DNA of 64,000 bases from a virus (IMGVR_UViG_3300001528_000017:1-64000); one strand, 5' to 3'. Counted from the stretch's first letter, positions 20,312-28,611 are shown. Notes: generated from the sequence alone by a model not told the origin. Translations and numbers: made by a program.

Positions 20312-20791
20312 CTATACCTTCTGAATATATGCAAGTTCTCTAGCCGAAGTGTTGCTAAGTACCTCACAGACATTGTTCATGAAGGCTATCTCCTTCTCAT
20401 AGTACTTGACTATAGCACCGAGGATTCTCTTAGCTATAACACAAGCCTTTGAGTTGGCCTTTGCCATCACAATTCTGTCTGCCAATTCCTGATTAGGAGC
20501 ATCATCACCCCTTCTCTCTGTCTTAGCCTTGACTGCGAAGATGAATACAGGAGCCTGAGGATTCTTGTTGAACCCAAACTCAATACCTTGGAAACCGCCT
20601 GCTGCCTCAAAAGCTGCTCTCATCACATTAGGATTAAGAGCCTGACTTCCCTGACAGAAGACATGATTCAGAGGTATGGCATAATGTGCCACCACCACAG
20701 TCACCTCATTGTGCTTGCCATTAGCCTCACGACGAATGTAAGTAGGCTCATTGGCAGGCACCAAAATGGGCTTTTTCTGAAACTTAATCAT
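20312..20791 (-). CDS. hypothetical protein
   Basis: 159-aa ORF. Confidence 0.4.
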   Translation of the reverse strand: MIKFQKKPILVPANEPTYIRREANGKHNEVTVVVAHYAIPLNHVFCQGSQALNPNVMRAAFEAAGGFQGIEFGFNKNPQAPVFIFAVKAKTERRGDDAPNQELADRIVMAKANSKACVIAKRILGAIVKYYEKEIAFMNNVCEVLSNTSARELAYIQKV

Positions 20792-21981
20792 AGTTTTAAT
20801 TCTGTTAAATTTGTTATTGTTGTTACTAGCTGGGGATTGTAATCCTCCAACATTTTCTCTACCAGCTCTTGGTCTCTAGTACCCTTAAAGTATGGGATGA
20901 TAATCACAGGGTCAGGATGTCTCAACAACCTACCTAGCTTCTGCTTAATCATCCTCTCAGAACTATTGAGAACAGCATACACTCCAACCCTACAATTGAC
21001 AAGATTCACACCCTCATCAAGCATATTACATGCAGTGATATGGTCTATGAACCCATCATTGAACTGCTCTAGATTCTCTTTGGACTGCTTGGTATTCTTA
21101 CTATTTACACAGCAAGTTCCAAGCTCCTCAGTTTGAGCTATTCCATTACAGAATGTGAGAGTACGTTGGTCAGTAAGTGATGCCAAGATGGTTTTAACGA
21201 ACTCAGATTTCTGTTCACTCAACCATTTAAGCCTGTCACCTGATTTCCTTAGGAATAGGTTCTTGAAGACTTCATTGAACATCTTGTTCTTATACCAAGC
21301 AATCATAGCAGACATATCATCATAGTACTGCTTCTGAGTACATTCAATGACTATTCTCCTATTCTTTACTTTGGCATAGTCAAACCTTCTATGATATGGT
21401 ATCACTAGTTCTACCTTTTGGGACTTGTTCTTGACTATCTGATAGCGAACTCTGGTGTTGTCAAGAGTCATGGGAATGAGATAAACCCTAGGGTCAGGTA
21501 GAATCTCCTCTTGTATAGCCTGTTTGGTTGATACCTTATAGGTGTACAAGTCAGGAAACAATACCTTTAATTCCTTCTTGAGTTCTCTTCCTACAGTGGC
21601 AGACAGCATGAAACAATAGCCCATGATAAAGTCATCAAGATAGTCTCTGCATCTAGCAGAAAGGTGATGTACCTCATCAAAGATAACCATGCTCCACACA
21701 CCAGCCTTCTTTGGGAAGGACACATAGGTTACAAACTCCACATAGGGTAGATAAGACTCCATGCCCCATTTCTTAAACTCATCCTTCCAGTTGTCAATCA
21801 GCACCAGTCTTGGTATCACAATCAGAATGTGAGTGTCAGTAGAATTGCACTTGTCCTCAGGGAACTTAGACTTCAAAAGCTCAAGGGCTATTCTTGTCTT
21901 ACCAAAGGAGGTAGGCAACTCACACAATATGTTGGGACTATCTATCTGTAGAATCTCATCCCTTGCTTCTTCTCTTGTCAT
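20788..21981 (-). CDS. SF2 (DEAH-type) DNA helicase
   Basis: Motif I LPTSFGKTRIAL, motif II VIFDEVHHL, motif III LSAT, motif VI QKLGRLLR. Confidence 0.65.
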   Translation of the reverse strand: MTREEARDEILQIDSPNILCELPTSFGKTRIALELLKSKFPEDKCNSTDTHILIVIPRLVLIDNWKDEFKKWGMESYLPYVEFVTYVSFPKKAGVWSMVIFDEVHHLSARCRDYLDDFIMGYCFMLSATVGRELKKELKVLFPDLYTYKVSTKQAIQEEILPDPRVYLIPMTLDNTRVRYQIVKNKSQKVELVIPYHRRFDYAKVKNRRIVIECTQKQYYDDMSAMIAWYKNKMFNEVFKNLFLRKSGDRLKWLSEQKSEFVKTILASLTDQRTLTFCNGIAQTEELGTCCVNSKNTKQSKENLEQFNDGFIDHITACNMLDEGVNLVNCRVGVYAVLNSSERMIKQKLGRLLRHPDPVIIIPYFKGTRDQELVEKMLEDYNPQLVTTITNLTELKL

Positions 21982-22442
21982 TTAACCATTTGTTTTAATT
22001 TTGTTGTATAAGATGTATCCTCAGCGTAGCCTAAATCGTCCAAATACTTATAGTAGTCATTCGGAGGTTGTTTCCATTTCTGGATGTACTTCTTATAAGC
22101 TGCCACACATTCAGTCCAATGCTCAAAAGACATATATGTACTATCTTTCTTTCTCAGACCAAATAGGTTATTCCTGTTGATGCAAGCAGAGGACTTAAAG
22201 TTACCAGTCTCAAGCAAAGCTTGAGCAGCTACAATCTCAGGGAACTGTACATCCTGAGCCTTAAGCTCATTCATAAGGTTCTCCTCACTGAGAAGGAAAT
22301 GATTCTGCCTCCAGACTACACTGGCTACTTCACCATTTATCTTCTCACATTGTCTCTTTACTGATTGATACCATAAGACACACACTGCACCAACGAATAT
22401 ACCTATGAGGCAGCTTATTAAGTATTTTACAAAGCTGTTCAT
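21978..22442 (-). CDS. FlgJ-type N-acetylglucosaminidase (endolysin-like) with N-terminal signal-anchor
   Basis: AQALLETGNFKSSACINRNNLFGL matches the glucosaminidase AQA.LESG...NNLFG core. N-terminal TM segment. Confidence 0.6.
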   Translation of the reverse strand: MNSFVKYLISCLIGIFVGAVCVLWYQSVKRQCEKINGEVASVVWRQNHFLLSEENLMNELKAQDVQFPEIVAAQALLETGNFKSSACINRNNLFGLRKKDSTYMSFEHWTECVAAYKKYIQKWKQPPNDYYKYLDDLGYAEDTSYTTKLKQMVK

Positions 22443-22466
22443 TGTTCTCTTTTTTTTTTGTCTTTG

Positions 22467-22760
22467 TTAAACTTCCTTAGTCAACCATCCCATCAGGGAC
22501 TTCCACCATCTAGATTCACAATGGAACACTATGTCACTCTCACCAAGACCAATGCAATATGCTACGAAGCCTACTCCAAAGCAGATTGCATTCAGTATCG
22601 GGATAACAGCAACAACAATGGCTACTATATAGAGCCAGCGAGGGGTAGGTAGTTTATCACCAACCTTGCCCCTATAGCCTTGCTCATAAGTGTTCTTGTG
22701 AACGAAGATGGTAATAGTGAGCAATATGATGCCCACTATCAACCATATAAAGTAACCCAT
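22467..22760 (-). CDS. two-TM membrane protein (holin-like)
   Basis: 97 aa with two hydrophobic helices, adjacent to the glucosaminidase. Confidence 0.4.
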   Translation of the reverse strand: MGYFIWLIVGIILLTITIFVHKNTYEQGYRGKVGDKLPTPRWLYIVAIVVAVIPILNAICFGVGFVAYCIGLGESDIVFHCESRWWKSLMGWLTKEV

Positions 22761-22762
22761 AG

Positions 22763-23557
22763 TTATTTGAACTTACTGATGTCAAGGAATGCCTGAGTAT
22801 TCCCACTTGTAATAACAGAGGGTACAGAGCCATCCCACTTGTCAATCCATGCCTTCTGAAGCACAGCAGGTGTCAATGCCTGAGTTCTCAGCCTATTAGC
22901 CTCAGCTTCAGCCTCAGCAGCAACTACCAGTTTCCTAGCCTGTGCTTCTGCCACCTTCACTTCATTCTCAGCCTTCTGAGCTTCCTGAACTGCTTTGTTC
23001 TTAGCATTAACCGCATCTACAATGGTCTGAGGATATTTCAAGCCTGAGGTTAGCTGTTCAAGTTGGAACCCTTCTCTATTAAGAGTAGCCACAAGTTGCC
23101 TCTCCACAGCCTTCTCCAAGCTATCCCTCATGGACACAATCTCATCAGTAGTGAATTTATTGAGCTGAATCCTAAAGGCATCCCTCACATGATTGAACAG
23201 AGGACCACTGATAATGTCTGGCACATCCTTTCTATACTTCCTAAAGATAGGAGCAGCCTGCCCATCTATAATCTTCAGGGAGATAGTTGGGTCAACAGTG
23301 AACTCTGAACCATCCTTGGCATTGATGGTAAACGCAGGATAATCAACAGTCTGCACAAAGGTAGGATACTCATACACATTCTGAGTGAATGGGTTGTACC
23401 ACACCATACCTGTGACCAATGACACATCATTGACTCCCTTGTCTGAGCCATAGAGATTAACTAAGATGCCTTCGTGACCAGCATCAACTCTTTCACACGA
23501 GCTAAAGCTCATGGCAGTCATCACTGCGATAGCTGCCATCAAAATGAATCTTTTCAT
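22763..23557 (-). CDS. SPFH (band-7/HflC-like) domain lipoprotein
   Basis: Lipobox MSFSSC. C-terminal EAQARKLVVAAEAEAEANRLRTQALTP SPFH-type coiled region. Confidence 0.5.
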   Translation of the reverse strand: MKRFILMAAIAVMTAMSFSSCERVDAGHEGILVNLYGSDKGVNDVSLVTGMVWYNPFTQNVYEYPTFVQTVDYPAFTINAKDGSEFTVDPTISLKIIDGQAAPIFRKYRKDVPDIISGPLFNHVRDAFRIQLNKFTTDEIVSMRDSLEKAVERQLVATLNREGFQLEQLTSGLKYPQTIVDAVNAKNKAVQEAQKAENEVKVAEAQARKLVVAAEAEAEANRLRTQALTPAVLQKAWIDKWDGSVPSVITSGNTQAFLDISKFK

Positions 23558-23582
23558 TGTTTTTTTTTTTTTTGGTTGTTAA

Positions 23583-23765
23583 TTACTTACTACCCCACTT
23601 GTGCGTGAAGCATTTTGTTTTTACTGAGGCTACCACAAATGCTGCACCAACAAACAATCCTAGGGCTACTAGGAATGTGTTAGGTGCAGTAACCATGTTA
23701 CCGCAGAATATCCAAATTACCATCAGGCAAATGAACCAGAGGAAAAATAATACTGCTTTTTTCAT
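23583..23765 (-). CDS. small membrane protein
   Basis: 60 aa, two hydrophobic segments. Confidence 0.35.
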   Translation of the reverse strand: MKKAVLFFLWFICLMVIWIFCGNMVTAPNTFLVALGLFVGAAFVVASVKTKCFTHKWGSK

Positions 23766-23788
23766 ATTTGTTGTTGAATATCAGAGAG

Positions 23789-24004
23789 TCACCATCTAAT
23801 CCAGTCTATTTTCTGTATTCTCATAGACATTTTCATTGCCAAATGTAATGAGTCAAACAGTCTCATAAACTTGCTGTTTCTTGGATACTTTAGGTCTGAA
23901 CATGGAGGAGCCTTATGACCACCATTACCATAAGGTTTAGTAGCTCCCTTTTGTCTTTGACCATTTCTCCATTTTCTCTTTGTCAAGAACTTTCCTTTGC
24001 TCAT
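23789..24004 (-). CDS. small basic protein
   Basis: 71 aa, K/R-rich. Confidence 0.3.
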   Translation of the reverse strand: MSKGKFLTKRKWRNGQRQKGATKPYGNGGHKAPPCSDLKYPRNSKFMRLFDSLHLAMKMSMRIQKIDWIRW

Positions 24005-24173
24005 AAGAATGTCCAGTTTCTTCCATCCCTACCATTGTACCACATTATTCTTCTCTCCTTACCTCCAACCACAATAGTATCAAACTTTGGGTCAAAGGCT
24101 ATGTAAAGAAGAACCAATAGAACTACGATAAGGGCAATTAAAACAATTCCTGTCATAATGTCTGTTCAAGTAT

Positions 24174-24211
24174 AAAAAAAAAAAATGGCAGGCAGGATTT
24201 ACCCACCTGCC
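24174..24211 (-). terminator. rho-independent terminator (minus strand)
   Basis: Stem GGCAGG...CCTGCC followed on the minus strand by an 11-12 nt U-run (plus-strand A-run 24174-24186). Confidence 0.6.
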
Positions 24212-24336
24212 ATCAGAGACTCACTTGTTCATACTTCCAGGCTTGGTGAATCCTTGTTTGTCTTTCAGGGCTTCATACCACTTTTGCCTTGCCAGAAGTC
24301 TTGCCTTTCTGTTCTTATACTTCATTGTTTCCAATT

Positions 24337-24882
24337 TTAGTCGTTAAACACTGTGTAGGAGTCCACCCTGCCACCTAAGCTTGCAGCTGTAGCATTAAGA
24401 TGCCACTCCAGTCTCTGTTGTATGCTTGCAGCTCTCCATGCTTGAACTTCAAGAGGAGTCCCATCTACCCACTTCTTGGTCTTCCTGTCAAGTCTAGACC
24501 TTGTAGGCATATAGGGTTTGAAGTTCTTGGGAGCATGATAACCATGTGGCATTTCACTACTAATCATGTAGTCATAAGCCTCTTGGCACATGTTGATACT
24601 CTGCTTTACTTCCCTGCTCTTACGAGTGTAATAGGTAAGAGTCTCAGTCTTTCCCTTCTCTGTTAAAGAATCAACCTCAACATCATGCCTGTTATACTTG
24701 GTTAAGTCAGGTACAGTCTCATAGTACCAAAGAAGGTTGCCCTTCTTATCCCTCGCCTGCTTACCAGCATACTTGCCCCTCTTGTTAATGATGGGCTTTC
24801 TGAGTTGTTTTGAGCACTCCTGCTCACTCATCATAGCAGCACCTTGTACTACTATAACAAGATTTATTTTAATATTACTCAT
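24337..24882 (-). CDS. hypothetical protein
   Basis: 181-aa ORF, last protein gene before the RNA-gene region. Confidence 0.4.
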   Translation of the reverse strand: MSNIKINLVIVVQGAAMMSEQECSKQLRKPIINKRGKYAGKQARDKKGNLLWYYETVPDLTKYNRHDVEVDSLTEKGKTETLTYYTRKSREVKQSINMCQEAYDYMISSEMPHGYHAPKNFKPYMPTRSRLDRKTKKWVDGTPLEVQAWRAASIQQRLEWHLNATAASLGGRVDSYTVFND

Positions 24883-24999
24883 AGAAAAACCGTGTGTGCG
24901 TTTTTTTTTTTACAAGTGATAGTCACTAAGTTACGAAGTTCACATGATAATGCAATGAATTAGAATGTATGTAGTGAATTGTAAGTGACTTTAGAGTAG

Positions 25000-25115
25000 G
25001 AGAGAGAAGAGGACTCGAACCTCTACCACGGAAACCCAAATTCTCTGCTTACGGCTTGGTAAGTGCAAAACCTTGCACTAATGCGACGTGTGCTACCATT
25101 ACACCATCTCTCTCT
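25000..25115 (-). ncRNA. aberrant tRNA-like element E1 (about 115 nt): 7-bp terminal stem, D-arm, T-arm, 60-nt internal region with hairpins
   Basis: AGAGAGA/TCTCTCT terminal stem, GTGT-AATGGTA-GCAC D-arm, AGAGG-TTCGAGT-CCTCT T-arm. No recognisable anticodon arm. Confidence 0.45.
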
Positions 25116-25117
25116 AG

Positions 25118-25192
25118 GGGACAGGGTTGGAGTCAAACCAACGATTTACAGCTTAGACTACTGTAGCTCCTTATCCACGGAGTTGCCTGTCC
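25118..25192 (-). tRNA. diverged tRNA-Arg(TCT)-like paralog with non-canonical anticodon loop (G33 or 9-nt loop)
   Basis: GGACAGG/CCTGTCC acceptor, CTCC/GGAG D-stem, TACAG-TAGTCTAAG-CTGTA anticodon arm. Resembles the bona fide tRNA-Arg(TCT) at 29361-29432. Confidence 0.4.
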
Positions 25193-25198
25193 ATTGTT

Positions 25199-25317
25199 AG
25201 CTACTAATATGAATCTCACAATTACAAGTTGTGCGCTCTAACCACTGAGCTAATCTTCCGATATTGGTAGAAAATATAGGAGTCGAACCTATGCTTAATG
25301 TGTTTTTGTAAGTAGCT
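25199..25317 (-). ncRNA. circularly permuted tRNA-like module flanked by a long terminal helix (YrlA / Y-RNA-like candidate)
   Basis: Order on the minus strand: terminal strand AGCTACT, T-arm ATAGG-TTCGACT-CCTAT, acceptor-like stem ATTTTCT/GGAAGAT closed by a 9-nt loop, D-arm GCTC-AGTGGTTA-GAGC, stem-loop CACAA-CTTGTAA-TTGTG, terminal strand AGTAGCT pairing with the 5' end. Confidence 0.4.
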
Positions 25318-25322
25318 ATTTG

Positions 25323-25432
25323 CGGCGGAGCTGGGAGTCGAACCCAGATTTTCAAATTTGACATATTTGCGTTAATAAATTTGATGTTGTAAGTAACTAA
25401 ACAGATACTATTTCCGTTTAACTACTCCGCCT
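25323..25432 (-). ncRNA. tRNA-Asp(GTC)-like gene with a roughly 36-nt insertion between D-arm and anticodon stem
   Basis: GGCGGAG/CTCCGCC acceptor, CAAAT-ATGTCAA-ATTTG anticodon arm, CTGGG-TTCGACT-CCCAG T-arm. Insert carries ACTTACAA and ends ...TTAACG. Confidence 0.45.
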
Positions 25433-25439
25433 TATTTGT

Positions 25440-25564
25440 GGGGAGGGCTGGACTCGAACCAGCAATTTCAAAATCCTAATTTTTGCGTGTTTACCTGAAT
25501 TTTTGAGATAGTATTGTAAGTGACTCAAGTCACTCAGTAAATTACTACTTTCACTACCTCCCCA
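25440..25564 (-). ncRNA. tRNA-Leu(TAG)-like element with a roughly 50-nt insertion (hairpin GTGAC-TTGA-GTCAC plus ACTTACAA)
   Basis: GGGGAGG/CCTCCCC acceptor, CAAAA-ATTAGGA-TTTTG anticodon-like arm, GCTGG-TTCGAGT-CCAGC T-arm. No GG in the D-loop. Confidence 0.4.
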
Positions 25565-25880
25565 TAATGACAGTATAAAAGCCATCCGTTGTACACCGTT
25601 ACTTAAACTATCTGTCAGTTGGCTCCTCAATTAGAGGATACTCATACCTCGTGTATGTGTATGCCAGTTTTAGTAGAGCTGCCCTTACTCAAACTCTTCT
25701 GTTGCACCATTGTCTGTGGGCACCACATGAACTCCTTTTACCTAGAAACTTGCTAGCAGCTAGAAGGACTTATTATAAGTTCATTGGCAGACGGTATTGT
25801 CTAGGTCACTTGCTTACCTTCGTCAATATAAGCAATAAAAACATGGCTACGAATTTCAAAGATTTGTAAGTGACCTCTTG

Positions 25881-25999
25881 GGGGACAGATGGGACTCGAA
25901 CCCATAACCTTAAGAATTGCAATCTCACGTTAAAGAAGGAATAGTAAGTGTCTGAAAGACACTCAAGTAAACTACTCTATCCAATTGAGTTACTGTCCC
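25881..25999 (-). ncRNA. tRNA-Cys(GCA) gene interrupted by a 44-nt insertion at position 26/27
   Basis: Removing GTTTACTTGAGTGTCTTTCAGACACTTACTATTCCTTCTTTAACG leaves a canonical 73-nt tRNA: GGGACAG, ACTC-AATTGGATA-GAGT, TGAGA-TTGCAAT-TCTTA, ATGGG-TTCGAGT-CCCAT, CTGTCCC. Confidence 0.5.
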
Positions 26000-26011
26000 C
26001 ATGTTGTTTTG

Positions 26012-26133
26012 CGGGGAGTGAAAGAATCGAACTTCCACTTCTGGATTGTGTCCCAGAAAATTGTAAAAGATGATATTGTATGTGAGCTACATTCACACAA
26101 TACAATCGGGCCTAACCAATGCCCAAACTCCCC
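26012..26133 (-). ncRNA. aberrant tRNA-like element E6 with about 50-nt insertion
   Basis: GGGGAGT/ACTCCCC terminal stem, GGGC-ATTGGTTAG-GCCC D-arm, GGAAG-TTCGATT-CTTTC T-arm. Insert contains CACATACAATATC. Confidence 0.4.
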
Positions 26134-26151
26134 TTGATTTGGATACTAATG

Positions 26152-26224
26152 AATTACATCTTGGAATCGAACCAAGTACACTCGGATTATCAATCTGATG
26201 CTCTACCAAATGAGCTAATGTATT
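26152..26224 (-). tRNA. tRNA-Ile(GAT)-like paralog (compact, with acceptor and anticodon-stem mismatches)
   Basis: GCTC-ATTTGGTA-GAGC D-arm, TCAGA-TTGATAA-TCCGA anticodon arm, CTTGG-TTCGATT-CCAAG T-arm. Preceded by the ACTTACAATATC motif. Confidence 0.45.
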
Positions 26225-26298
26225 TTGATATTGTAAGTATCCATTAGTGGATGAGTGAGGTATCACCCTCACCCACCCTAGTTCTTCGGAAAAAGGTC

Positions 26299-28116
26299 CT
26301 ACAGAGTATTCTCTCTTACGAGTTCATACCTGTTTGACCTGTAGATAGACTGCAATGGAGTATAGACATCAAAGACATCCATATCCTTGAAGTTTGTCAG
26401 GAGCTGCTCAATCTGTGCAGGGTTAGATGGTATGTACATGAGGTTGTCAATACCACTGAACCTCTCAGCATTCACTCTGTCATTCCTTGTCACATCAATG
26501 GCAACAATGTAAGGTCTGAACCCTAACACTGATTCACATTGCCTGAGCAAATCATTGACAGAAGCTTCAGGGCTAGGAAGGTTATTCCACTCTCCATCAG
26601 ATATGATGGTCCACACAGGATAAGACTTGAGGGCATCTACCAATTGAGGCATACCTACCAAGGCTTCCTTGATGCTTCTAATGAGAGTAGAAATGTCAGT
26701 CCAGCCACTACCAAAGGTAGCCTGACAGAAAGAGCTGATGTTCTTGTAGTTCTCCATGAAGCTCTTAGTGGGGTCCACAAATGGCTTATGCACAGACTTA
26801 GTAGCAGCTCTTCTCATAATAGAATTAGGAGAATCACTTGCCTCTTTGTCCATGTAGCTAAACCACCTTGTGTTCCTACCAAAGAAGCCTAATAGGTTCC
26901 TACCATCATCATCAGGGTTCTTCACCAGACATACGGCAGCCAAGAAAGATGCAAATGCAAAAGGACTACCACTCATAGAGCCTGAATCATCAATGATGAC
27001 AAGGCTGTTATAAGGCAAGTTTACCTTATTCTGAATGAAAGCCTCAAGCTTGAGAGTATCTACTCTACCACTCATAATCTGGTCATAGAGTTCATTGAAG
27101 CTGGTAGCACCAACATTCACCTTAGCCTGCTTCTTAACCTTTTGCAGCTTTTCCACATCCTCGGTGCTTGCTTGGCCTTGTCTTACCTTCTCTTCAAGAA
27201 CTCTCTGTTCAGCCTGCTTCTGCTCCTTGTACTTCTCCCACTCAGTGTACCATGCAGCAAGGTTGGGCCACTTCAGGGATTCGTCAGTGTTCTTTGAGTA
27301 TTGAACTCTGTTCTTTACTCTGAACCTTGCCTGAGAGGGGAGTTTGTCGAGCCAATCAATGAACTGAGTCTTGTCAAACTCCTTGATTTTACCCGTAGAG
27401 AATAACACAGATTCCAGTGAACCATTGTACTCTTTTCTCCAATCTCTGTAACCCTTAAAGTTGGCATAAGCACCCTTTACAGTGTGCTCCCAACCCATCA
27501 GCTTGGATAACTGAATGAGGAATGCAGTTTTGTGCTCCATGACCTGCTTGGTCTGAGGGAGCATTTGCTTGTGACCAGCTCTCTTGCTAAGTCTAGGTAT
27601 AGTGAGGAACTTAGCCACCAACATTTTATTGAAGGGGTTAGTACCATTGATTACACCATACACAAACTCCACAAGTTTGTCCCTGTACCAAGTGTCTGCG
27701 AATATGTCATACACCTTCAAGACCTTAGCTCCCTTGGTCTGAACTCTAGACCTAAAGAGCAAGTCAAAGCAGGTATATTCATTGAACAGACCCTTGTTGA
27801 GGAACTGAACAAACTGGTCCCTATGGTTTACTCTCAGCCAGTCAAAGATGACATAAAAGCCAGCTCTGTTAGCATTACCACCAGAGTCCTTCTTCACACC
27901 CTTGAAGATATTATGCTGTCTAGCAGTAATATCTCCTACAGAGAACAGGATTGAGAAGAACATCTGACGTTGCTCCTTGCTGTCCTTTACTTCATTCCAA
28001 CAGGCATCAAGCAAAGACTCTGTAATTGTACCACCTACACTCTGAAAGAGCTTAAGGCAGTTACGCAGTCCATAAAAAGGATTGCTGTTACTCTTGTTTA
28101 ACTTAACTTCTACCAT
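26299..28116 (-). CDS. vWA-domain protein with N-terminal alpha-helical domain; candidate Ro60/Rsr-like (TROVE + vWA)
   Basis: MIDAS motifs LVIIDDSGSMSG (DxSxS), FGSGWTD, ISDGEW. N-terminal LKLFQSVGGTIT resembles the Ro60 FLCFGSEGGTYY motif. ORF track starts at a TTG (28122); first ATG is at 28114-28116. Confidence 0.5.
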   Translation of the reverse strand: MVEVKLNKSNSNPFYGLRNCLKLFQSVGGTITESLLDACWNEVKDSKEQRQMFFSILFSVGDITARQHNIFKGVKKDSGGNANRAGFYVIFDWLRVNHRDQFVQFLNKGLFNEYTCFDLLFRSRVQTKGAKVLKVYDIFADTWYRDKLVEFVYGVINGTNPFNKMLVAKFLTIPRLSKRAGHKQMLPQTKQVMEHKTAFLIQLSKLMGWEHTVKGAYANFKGYRDWRKEYNGSLESVLFSTGKIKEFDKTQFIDWLDKLPSQARFRVKNRVQYSKNTDESLKWPNLAAWYTEWEKYKEQKQAEQRVLEEKVRQGQASTEDVEKLQKVKKQAKVNVGATSFNELYDQIMSGRVDTLKLEAFIQNKVNLPYNSLVIIDDSGSMSGSPFAFASFLAAVCLVKNPDDDGRNLLGFFGRNTRWFSYMDKEASDSPNSIMRRAATKSVHKPFVDPTKSFMENYKNISSFCQATFGSGWTDISTLIRSIKEALVGMPQLVDALKSYPVWTIISDGEWNNLPSPEASVNDLLRQCESVLGFRPYIVAIDVTRNDRVNAERFSGIDNLMYIPSNPAQIEQLLTNFKDMDVFDVYTPLQSIYRSNRYELVRENTL

Positions 28117-28167
28117 TTTCAAGATGATTTTGATTGTGAATTGTAAGTAACAATATGCCCGAACTAA

Positions 28168-28611
28168 TCAAAAGTCCTCATCAGCATCAATAGCCGTAAG
28201 CTGTGCTTCAAGCTCCTTGATTCTGTCTTCAGGAGTCTTCTGAGATTCCTTGAGTTCCTTGAGCTGTGCTGTGAGTTCAGCCTTCTTAGCCTTAGCCTCA
28301 GCCACCTCCATATTGTGCCTCTTCCAGCCAATGATGAGGTTGACCAACTCCTTCCTTCTCTTGAGGGCTTCAAGCTTCTCCTGCTGATAGTCTGTTGCCA
28401 CCCATTCATCCTGCTTCTCAAGGTCTTCAATCTGCTTTGTAATAGCAAGCCTGATACCATTGAGAGTGTTGATGGTCTGTGTGTGCATCAGCTCAACAAT
28501 GTTGAGGGGCTGACCCATCTTTGTTGTAATAGCCTCATTAGCTACCAACATAGCAAATGCCAGTTCTTTCATCTTGGCATAATGCTCTTTTGTGAAATTG
28601 ATTTTTGCCAT
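28168..28611 (-). CDS. hypothetical coiled-coil protein
   Basis: 147-aa ORF, heptad-rich E/K/L sequence. Confidence 0.4.
   Translation of the reverse strand: MAKINFTKEHYAKMKELAFAMLVANEAITTKMGQPLNIVELMHTQTINTLNGIRLAITKQIEDLEKQDEWVATDYQQEKLEALKRRKELVNLIIGWKRHNMEVAEAKAKKAELTAQLKELKESQKTPEDRIKELEAQLTAIDADEDF

Noticed and set aside
23563-23576. Poly-T tracts (23563-23576, 22451-22460, 15361-15371, 24901-24911) as terminators
   Set aside because: On the transcribed (minus) strand these are A-runs, and they lack a preceding stable hairpin in the correct orientation. Treated as AT-rich intergenic leaders; only tracts with a stem plus U-run were called terminators.
25118-25192. Possible amber-suppressor tRNA (anticodon CTA inside loop TAGTCTAAG)
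   Set aside because: The element aligns to the genuine tRNA-Arg(TCT) at 29361-29432 (anticodon arm ACAGC-CTTCTAA-GCTGT versus TACAG-TAGTCTAAG-CTGTA). The simplest reading is a diverged Arg-TCT paralog with a CT to AG change at 32-33, not a CUA suppressor.
28164-28460. 98-aa R/S-rich ORF overlapping 28168-28611 on the same strand
   Set aside because: Alternative frame of the better-supported 147-aa coiled-coil ORF. Arg/Ser-rich translation typical of an off-frame read of a Lys/Glu-rich gene.
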